Source of the DNA: Candidatus Limnocylindria bacterium
Lineage (GTDB): Bacteria > Acidobacteriota > Terriglobia > Acidiferrales > UBA7541
DNA: 64,000 nt
Reading direction: 5' to 3'
NCBI GenBank assembly: GCA_035490055.1
Contig: DATHIB010000164.1
Coordinates: 29,380-93,379, forward strand
Below are positions 47,564-56,900 of this stretch, piece after piece. The translations under genes and the position numbers were made by a program. Each line of letters opens with the position of its first letter. Within the stretch, counting starts at the first letter, position 1. The notes beneath the pieces are model-generated. The model was not told the DNA's origin, did not search any database, and saw only the letters and a list, made by a program, of their open reading frames with translations.

Positions 47564-48835
47564 ATGATCTCCATGCAGGTTGACGTAGCTCCTCCAAAAA
47601 AAACGGCCAGCAAGCCCGTGCTGGAAGACGTCGGCATCCTTGCGCTTGTTCCTGATCACTGGAACCCGCGCTGGATGGTGCGCCATCACATCATGGCGCG
47701 CCTGGCGAGCTACTTTCATATGGTCTGGGTAAATCCCGCGCACCACTGGCGGGATACTCTCAAGAGCCGGCCAGAACCATCACAAACATCCGGCATGGCC
47801 CAATATCCGGGGTTTGCCGAATATACTCCGGAATTCTGGCTTCCGGACTTCTACCGGCCAGCCTGGCTGGCGCGATTTACGTTGCAGCAGCGCCTCTTGC
47901 AGGCTAGCCGCATCCTTCGGGACCGTGGCTGCCAGAAGATCATTCTCTATCTCTGGCGTCCCGAATTTGAACCCGTCCTTCGGATGATTCCTTTCGATCT
48001 GAGCTGTTATCACCTCGAAGATGAATATTCTTTTTCGCGCGTGGAGTGCCCCATAGATCCTGTCGAAGCCCGATTGCTCGCTGCCGTGGATCACGTATTC
48101 ATCCTTTCACCTGCTCTCTACGAGAAAAAGGGAAAAATCAATCCACAAACCACCTATCTTCCCGGCGGCGTTGATTTTGAAGCCTATTCGCGGCCGTTCG
48201 ACGAACCCAAGGATCTTGCGCCCATTCCTCATCCCCGCGTCGGGTACGTGGGATCCCTCAAATGGCAAATCGATTGGGACCTGCTTCTCAAGCTGACTTG
48301 CGAGCATCCGGAATGGTCATTCGTGTTGGTGGGACCCGCAAGCCCGCATCCGGAAATTGACGGCGCTCTTCAGGAACTCATGGGACGCCGCAACGTTCAT
48401 TTCCTCGGAGGAAAGCCTTCAGCTGAGATGATGGCGTACCCGCAGCATTTCGATGTGTGCATCATGCCTTACGGGGATAATGACTACACCAAGTACATTT
48501 ATCCGCTCAAATTGCATGAATATCTGGCGAGCGGCAAGCCACTCGTGGGAACGCCAATCGCGTCGCTCGCGACCCTTGGGGACATCGTGTTGCTTCCAAG
48601 AAGCGCCGAACAATGGTCCTCCATGCTCGCACAAGCCCTAAGCCGGGCGGAAAACACGGAAGAGCGGCGCGTAGCCAGGCAGAATTTCGCGCGGCAGCAT
48701 GATTGGTCGAATCTCACGCGGCAGATCGCCGGCACAATGGCCCGGCGGCTCGGCCCTGCGTGCTCCGCTCGCGTTGAACGTCATTTTCAAGAGAGTACTG
48801 GAAAGACGGTCCCGGAAGAGACTGTCCAGTTGTGA
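47564..48835 (+). CDS. GT-B glycosyltransferase (TuaH-like)
   Basis: GGVDFEAY, GYVGSLKWQID, IYPLKLHEYLASGKP. Confidence 0.85.
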   Translation: MISMQVDVAPPKKTASKPVLEDVGILALVPDHWNPRWMVRHHIMARLASYFHMVWVNPAHHWRDTLKSRPEPSQTSGMAQYPGFAEYTPEFWLPDFYRPAWLARFTLQQRLLQASRILRDRGCQKIILYLWRPEFEPVLRMIPFDLSCYHLEDEYSFSRVECPIDPVEARLLAAVDHVFILSPALYEKKGKINPQTTYLPGGVDFEAYSRPFDEPKDLAPIPHPRVGYVGSLKWQIDWDLLLKLTCEHPEWSFVLVGPASPHPEIDGALQELMGRRNVHFLGGKPSAEMMAYPQHFDVCIMPYGDNDYTKYIYPLKLHEYLASGKPLVGTPIASLATLGDIVLLPRSAEQWSSMLAQALSRAENTEERRVARQNFARQHDWSNLTRQIAGTMARRLGPACSARVERHFQESTGKTVPEETVQL

Positions 48836-48901
48836 ATTGCCCTCTCTCTGGCTCTTTTACGACCGCGACCCTTTGACCCAAGGAAAGAGAGACAAACGGA
48901 A

Positions 48902-49957
48902 ATGGGACGATCAATCCCCGATCAGGAGCTCAACCTTCAGGCGGGAGAACTCGTCGAGGTTCGCTCTGAGGACGAAATCCTCGCGACACTGGACGATAAC
49001 GGCAGGCTCAATGCAATGCCGTTCATGCCGGAGATGCTCAAATATTGCGGGAAACGCTTTCGAGTCTATAAAATCGCGCATAAGACGTGCGACAACATCC
49101 AGCCCTGGAACATGCGGCAAGTGAAAAACGCTGTGCACCTGACGGGTGTGCGCTGCGACGGGAGAGCTCACGGGGACTGCGACGCCGGCTGCTTGATTTT
49201 TTGGAATGCGGCCTGGCTCAAGAGAGCCGTGGCGCCGTTCACGCAAGAGTCGCAGCTTGGTGAATGTGGTTCGTCCTTACAAAAGAGCCCTGTGGACCTG
49301 AAATCAGGAGCATCTATTCAAACCCCCGGAGTCCTGCTGAGAGGGAGCCGCGGGGGAACGGATCCAGCTACTGCAGAAGCAATCTATTCTTGCCAAGCGA
49401 CGAATCTAAGGGAGTTTACTTCGGATCTCCCCTGGTGGAATTTATGGCAATACATCAGGGATATTCGCTCCGGAAACTTGCACCGGGGATTGGGCGATTC
49501 CAAGGGCGAGAAGCTGTTGGAGACGTTGCTCGGTATTGTGGACGTGTTTCGCACTATCCTGATCGAAGTTTTCAACAAGTTTCAGTCCGTTCGCAAGGGT
49601 GTGCAGTATCCTCACATCCAGGCATTGCCTGCCGCCTCTCCGGCTGGTGAGTTGAAACTCCAGCCTGGCGAATTTGTCCAAGTAAGATCAAGGCAGGAAA
49701 TATTCGCCACCCTAGACCAAAAGAATCGCAACCGCGGCCTTTTGTTCGATTCTGAAATGCTCAAGTATTGCGGGGGGACGTATCGCGTTGCAAGACGCGT
49801 AAATCAGATCGTGGACGAAAAGAATGGCAAGATGCTCCGGATGAAGTCCTCTTGCATCATCTTGGATGGTTCCGCGTGCGCCGCCGATTACCACCGGCTG
49901 TGCCCAAGAGCGATTTACCATTACTGGAGAGAGGGATGGCTTCGTCGCGCGGACTGA
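48902..49957 (+). CDS. Hypothetical protein with two tandem Cys-rich SH3-like domains
   Basis: Internal duplication: LQAGELVEVRS..ILATLD..EMLKYCG..W..AWLKR and LQPGEFVQVRS..IFATLD..EMLKYCG..WREGWLRR. Confidence 0.8.
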   Translation: MGRSIPDQELNLQAGELVEVRSEDEILATLDDNGRLNAMPFMPEMLKYCGKRFRVYKIAHKTCDNIQPWNMRQVKNAVHLTGVRCDGRAHGDCDAGCLIFWNAAWLKRAVAPFTQESQLGECGSSLQKSPVDLKSGASIQTPGVLLRGSRGGTDPATAEAIYSCQATNLREFTSDLPWWNLWQYIRDIRSGNLHRGLGDSKGEKLLETLLGIVDVFRTILIEVFNKFQSVRKGVQYPHIQALPAASPAGELKLQPGEFVQVRSRQEIFATLDQKNRNRGLLFDSEMLKYCGGTYRVARRVNQIVDEKNGKMLRMKSSCIILDGSACAADYHRLCPRAIYHYWREGWLRRAD

Positions 49958-50636
49958 GCAGAGCCACGTTTCAAGACTGCTTTGAGGCGTTGCCACGACT
50001 TCGCTAACTAAGCGCATCCCTGAGAACTCCCTGCAGCGCGCTCTGGAAGTGGAATACAGGAATTCGCCATTCTGTTTCCCGCGAGTTCCACTGCCCTCGT
50101 GTAAAGTCCATGTTAACATCCTCTTTTTCAATAAGTTACGAAGAGTCATCTTTGGCTGACAAGTTGCACCGCATAGGGTGTGCATATCATCCTAGCATCA
50201 CTCTCAAACCTTCCCGAGACCATGGGGCTATTCCTAATTGGGCTTGTACTGATTCTTTCCGGTGTAGTGCTTCGCCGCGTATTCTTGACCTTCGAAACCG
50301 CAATACCCGCGCCAGCTCGGAGCTCAGAGTCGAACGAGCATCCCCTGAAGTAGCAAAACTCCTTCTTCTTTCCGATAGCTTTAGGAAAAAGCGCAACGGG
50401 AACATCTTTGCTGGGCGAAGCTGCCCATAGATTTAAGGAAAATTCTAATTCTGTGGAACGATCGGCAGAATCTGCTTGATTCGAAGCGTTTTTTTATCAG
50501 ATTGAAAGATCAACGCAGACTTCAATCCGTACATTAGCCCGTCTGCCCCATTTTATGGAAGCGGCCTGCACAATGATGCCCGTGAGTTTCTCTCGAACCT
50601 TGCGAGGGTGTTTTGGACCATGGCTAAGTCCAAATG

Positions 50637-50649
50637 AATCAATGAATTG
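50637..50649 (+). promoter_or_regulatory. IHF consensus site
   Basis: AATCAATGAATTG is an exact match to WATCARNNNNTTR, 14 bp upstream of a sigma54-like box. Confidence 0.45.
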
Positions 50650-50662
50650 GTCTTGCTGAATT

Positions 50663-50678
50663 TGGAAGGCGGGGTGCT
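50663..50678 (+). promoter_or_regulatory. sigma54-type box for the giant IPT protein
   Basis: TGGAAGGCGGGGTGCT. Confidence 0.5.
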
Positions 50679-50909
50679 TTGTCATTCTGCACTACTTAAC
50701 GGTTGGAGGTCTGTCGTTAGGGCACGAAACCAGGTCTTGAGCGGTAGCTGTATAGCAAGAGGGGAACCCAGCAGCCAGCAGGCGTGTCGCGATTCTGGAT
50801 GCGGCCGTACTTGCCAACCGTTGGTTCAGCCAAAGCTTCCTTACTCGCTCGTTGGCAGTCTTATTTACCGGAAAATTTTATTTGCTGCGTCTCCCGCGGA
50901 GGATGCTTC

Positions 50910-53900
50910 ATGTTGATTTGCTCGCGTCGTCACAATGGATCGACGCTTCAGGTTCGGCTCGCCCGATCGCTCGCGCTGCTCGTTCTCCTACTCGCGGCCG
51001 CTTCGGGACAGGCGCTGGCTGCCTCTGTCGCCTTCGTGCAGAGCAACTCCGCGACACCTCAGTCGCCGCAGGCAACGGTAACGGTCACTTACGCCGCAGC
51101 TCAGACGCTCGGAAATTTGAACGTCGTTGTCGTCGGCTGGAATGACTCGATTTCAACTCTCAGTTCCGTGACCGATTCACTTGGCAACGCGTACGTTCTG
51201 GCAGCTGGTCCGCTCGTACAGACTGGAACTGCTTCGCAGGCCATCTATTACGCAAAGAACATCTCCGCGGCCGCAGCGAGTGCGAACAGTGTCACCGTGA
51301 CCTTCAGCGTCGCAGCAGCTTTCCCGGACATTCGCATCGCAGAGTACGGCGGCTTGGATACCGTAAATCCTCTGGACGTTTCTGCCGGCGCGCAGGGCAC
51401 TACGACGTCAACGAGCAGTAGCGGATCAGTGACCACTAGCAGCGCGAACGATCTGCTCGTTGGTGCGAACCTGGTTCAGTCGACCACTACGGGAGCGGGA
51501 GCTGGTTATACCAGCCGGGGCATCACTGGCGATGGCGACATTCTTGAAGATCGCATCGTGACCGTGACCGGCAGTTACAACGCCACTGCCGCCCTGGACA
51601 AAGTCCAGTCGTGGATCATGCAGATGGTGGCCTTCCGCGCGGCTGGAGGCAGCACTCCCGCACCGTCCATTACCAATCTGAGTCCGACCACCGGGCCCGT
51701 CGGTACCTCTGTCACCATCGCGGGTGTAAATTTCGGCGCTTCCCAAGGAAGTAGCACGGTCACCTTTAACGGCACAGCAGCGACACCGACGGCATGGGGC
51801 GCCACGAGCATCACGGCTCCGGTTCCCACAGGTGCGACGACCGGCAACGTTGTGGTCACCGTAAGTGCGCAACCCAGCAACGGAGTGAACTTCACGGTTG
51901 GCGCAGGCTCTCCTATCGTCTTCATACAAGCCAATTCTGCGAGCCCACAGGCAACGCAAACGCCCGTGACGGTCACCTATACCGGCGCCCAGACAGCGGG
52001 CAATCTGAACGTCGTGATCGTCAGCTGGAATGATTCGACGGCGACCATCAGCTCCGTAACGGACTCCATCGGCAATACCTACGCCGTGGCGGCGGCTCCG
52101 GTTGTGCAAAGTGCTACGGCTTCGCAGGCCATCTACTACGGAAAGAATATCGCGGCGGCTGCGGCCGGCGCGAACACCGTGACCGTGACCTTCAACGTCG
52201 CCGCGCGCCACCCTGACATCCGCATCGCCGAATACAGCGGCGTCGACCCGTTAAATCCGCTGGATGCTTCGGTGGGCGCACAAGGAAATACGGCGACGAG
52301 CGACAGCGGCCCAGTCTCAACGACAAACGCAAACGACATTCTCATCGGCGCGAACGTTGTGCAGGCGACCTCAACAGGTCCGGGAACTGGATATAGCAGC
52401 CGCGGAATCACTGTGGACGGCGACATTCTCGAAGACCAAGTCGTCTCCGTGACGGGGAGCTATAGCGCCACCGCTACTTTGGACAAAGTGCAGCTTTGGA
52501 TCATGCAGATGGCCGCCTTCCGTGCCGCCACGAGCGGCGGCAGTCCGGCGCCGAACATCGCTAGCCTGAATCCAACGACGGGACCAGCAGGCACGTCAGT
52601 AACAATCACGGGCTCCAATTTTGGAACGTCGCAGGGGACAAGCATCGTCAACTTCAACGGGACGACCGCAACACCCACCAACTGGTCCGCTAACAGCATT
52701 GTGGTCGCGGTTCCCGCCGGCGCAACTTCCGGCAATTTGGTTGTAACTGCAGGAGGCGTGGCCAGCAATGGTGTGACCTTCACTGTCATTTCCACACCCA
52801 GTATTTCAAGTCTCAACCCCTCATCGGGTCCGGTGGGCGCCTCTGTCACAATCACCGGCGCAAACTTCGGCGCCAGCCAGGGAACCAGCACCGTTACGTT
52901 TAACGGGACCCCGGCGTCTCCAACGAGCTGGACGGCGACCAGCATCACTGTTCCCGTGCCGACGGGAGCCACCACGGGCAATGTCATTGTCACCGTCGGT
53001 GGACTACCCAGCAACGGGCTCAGCTTCATCGTCATGCCGATTCCGACAATCACCAGTCTGAATCCGGCTTCCGGCGCTATTGGCGCATCGGTCACAATCG
53101 CGGGCGCCAATTTCGGTGCTTCTCAGGGCACCAGCGCCGTAACGTTTAGCGGAATCGCCTCGACGCCCACGAGCTGGAGCGCTACCAGCATTGCGGCTCC
53201 CGTGCCGAACGGCGCAACGACCGGCAATGTCTTGGTGACCGTCAACGGCTTGGCGAGCAACGGTGTCTCCTTCTCCGTGACTTCGACCGCTCCCAGCATC
53301 ACCAGCCTCAATCCGACCTCTGGACCGATCGGCACCTCCGTTACGATTGCAGGCGTGAACTTCGGAGCCAGTCAGGGAACAAGCACAATCACGTTCAATG
53401 GGACCACTGCAACACCGACGAGTTGGAGCGCCACCAGCATCGCTGTGCCAGTGCCTACGGGCGCCACCACGGGCAATATAGTTGTCACTGTCGGAGGTCA
53501 GGTCAGCAATGGCCTAAACTTCACGGTCACAATTCCCGCGCCAAGCATCACCAGCCTCAACCCTGCGTCAGGAGTTGTAGGTACTTCCGTTACCATCGCG
53601 GGCACAAACTTTGGCGCAAGCCAAGGCACCGGCACCATCACATTTAATGGAACGGCGGGAACTCCCGCAGCATGGAGCGCCACCGGCATCACCGTCCCAG
53701 TGCCCACCGGCGCCACCACCGGCAATATCGTGGTCACCGCTGGCGGCGTCGCCAGCAACGGCATCAACTTCACCGTCACTACTCCACCAAGCATCACCAG
53801 CCTCACTCCAGCTTCTGGTCCCGTGGGGACATCGGTCACCGTTGCGGGCGCCAATTTTGGACCGACGCAGGGCACCAGCACGGTCACCTTCAACGGCATC

Positions 53901-56900
53901 TCTGCCACTCCCACAAGCTGGGGCGCGAGCGGCATCGTCGTTCCGGTTCCGGCCGCCGCAACAACAGGCAATGTTGTCGTGGCGGTCGGAGGTCAAGCCA
54001 GCAATGGCTCGAACTTCACGGTGACCACGTCAACTGCGGGGATCGCAGTCGTCCAGCATCGAAGCAAGGATGCCGGCGTCACCGCTTCTTCGACCCTGGC
54101 GTTTAATTCGACCAATTCCGTCGGGAACTGGATCGCCGTAGTCATTCGCGCGGGCAAGACAGGGCAAGTCTTGACGGTCTCAGACACGCGCGGAAATACC
54201 TACCGCAAAGCGATCCAATTTAACGTCACCACGGACACCCCGAACGGCGACACGCTCGGAATTTTCTACGCTGAAAATATCGCCGGCGGAGCGAACACGG
54301 TTACGGTAGCGGAGAGCATTAATGGCAATACCTTGCGGTTCGCCATACTCGAGTACTCGGGTGTTGCGCTCGCCAATTCGCTCGACGTGGTTTCCACCGC
54401 GCAAGGAACGAGCGCGACCGCCAATGGCGGCAGCGTGCTCACGACTGCCAATGGCGACCTGCTGCTCGGCGCGGTCCTGACGGGCAATCCCGCGACCTTC
54501 ACCGCGGCAACCGGCTATGCGATCGAAGAGAGAGTTCCCGCATCTCCGAACACCAAATTGGCCGCAGAAGACCAGATTCAGGCGACTGCCGGAACCGTTT
54601 CTGCGGGCGTCACGCTGGGCTCATCCGATAGCTGGGGTGCCGGACTGGCCGCGTTCAAGGCCGTCAGCGGCGGCGGGACCACCGGCCCATCAATCACGAG
54701 CTTGAATCCAACTTCGGGTGTCGTCGGCACATCCATAACCATCATGGGCGCAAACTTTGGCGCCAGCCAAAGCACCAGCACCGTGGCCTTCAACGGGACT
54801 GCCGCGACTCCCACAAGCTGGAGCGCGACGAGCATCGCCGTTCCGGTTCCGACGGGCGCGACCACCGGCAACGTCCTCGTAACAGTTGGCGGCGTGGCCA
54901 GCAACGGAGTCACGTTCAACGTCACCGTACCGCCGCCGAGCATCACGAGTCTAAATCCCACGTCGGGTCTAGTAGGGGCGTCCGTCACGATCACGGGCAC
55001 AAATTTCGGTGCTTCGCAAGGCACCAGCACGGTGAAGTTCAACGGGACCTCGGCTTCACCCACCAGTTGGAGCGCAACGAGTATCGCTGTGCTTGTTCCC
55101 ACAAGCGCCACGACCGGCAATGTCGTAGTGACCGTGGGCGGAGCGTCGAGCAACGCAGTCAATTTTACTGTCCTCGTTCCACCGAGCGTCACCAGTTTGA
55201 CCCCGAATTCGGGAATGGTCGGGACATCCGTGACCGTCGCGGGGGCGAACTTTGGAACGGCGCAGGGAACTAGCGCACTTACATTCAATGGGACTGCGGC
55301 GACACCGACAAGCTGGAGCGCGACCAGCATCGCGGTGTCCGTGCCTACTGGAGCGACGACTGGCAATGTTGTCGTCACTGTCGGCAGTTTGGCGAGCAAT
55401 GGTGTGAACTTCACAGTCGTTGTTCCGCCAAGCATCACCAGCTTGACTCCTAATTCCGGAACGGCCGGGACGTCTGTGACACTCGCCGGGGCAAATTTCG
55501 GCGCAACTCAGGGAACCAGCACGGTGACGTTCAACGGCATCGCCGCGACTCCTACAAGCTGGAGCGCGACGACCATTGCCGCCCTGGTTCCGAACGGCGC
55601 GACCACTGGCAACGTCATCGTGACGGTCAACGGTGTCGCCAGTAACGGCGTATCGTTCACGGTCACTTCGCCGGGTCCGAGTCTCACCTCGCTTGGCTTA
55701 ACCCAGGGTCCCGTGGGAGCGACCGTGACGATCACCGGTACGAACTTCGGCGCGACTCAGGGCACCAGCACTGTCACGTTTAATGGCGCCGCGGGAACAC
55801 CTTCCAACTGGACCGCCACGGGTATTGACGTGCCGGTTCCGACTGGCGCAACGACGGGAAATGTTGTCGTTACCGTTGGCGGCGTGGCCAGCAACGGACT
55901 GCCTTTCACGGTTACACCGCCCCCGAACATTTCGAGCATTAGTCCGCTATCGGGGCCAATCGGTGCTGTCGTCGCCATCAACGGCACGAACTTTGGACCC
56001 ACGGTCGGTACAAGAGTGAGCGGCGTGACGTTCAACGGCGTTGCCGCAAGAACGAACAGCTGGAATGACACGCAGATTCTCGTACCCGTGCCCGCAGGCG
56101 CGACCACTGGAAACGTGATCGTTTCGATCAGCGGTGTTGCCAGCAACGGCGTTCTCTTCACCGTCACGGCGGCCCCGGCGATCACAACAGTGGGCCCGAC
56201 AGGCGGACCCGTCGGCACATCGGTCACCATCAGCGGTACCAGCTTCGGCTCAAGTCAGGGCACCAGTACGATTACATTTAACGGCACGACCGCGACACCC
56301 ACGAGTTGGAGCGACACCAGCATCGTGGCGCCGGTTCCAACGGGCGCAGCAACCGGCAACGTCGTCGTATCCGTCGGCGGAGTCGCCAGCAATGGTGTCG
56401 CCTTCATCGTGACCGCAGGGTCGGGGACCATCAAGCTGGTTCAACACACCGGCAAAGACGCGGGCACCACCAACTCTTCTTCTTTGGCGTTCACTTCGAA
56501 TAACACTGCAGGAAACTTTATCGCCGTGGTCATCCGCGCCGGCAAATCAGGCCAAGTGCTAAACGTTTCGGACTCTCACGGGAACACTTATAAACAAGCA
56601 GTCCTTCTCAATATGACCCTAGATGGCGAAACGAACGCTGTCTACTATGCCGAGAACATTGCCGGTGGTGCGAACACCGTCACCGTCTCCGATAACATCT
56701 CGGCCGCAACGCTGCGCTTCTCCATCATGGAATACTCAGGAGTGGCACTGACCAACTCTCTAGATAACGCCTCTGCGGCAGAGGGCACGGGTACGGCGCC
56801 GAGCACGGCAAATGCTCCCACGTCGTGGGGCGGCGATTTGCTCCTTGGCGAAATCGTCACCGCAAATCCCGCCGCCTACACAGCCGGCGCCGGTTACAAG

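Noticed and set aside
51657-56414. CRISPR-like or mobile-element repeats
   Set aside because: The repeats are ~245-bp in-frame protein domains with synonymous divergence, not short repeats with unique spacers.
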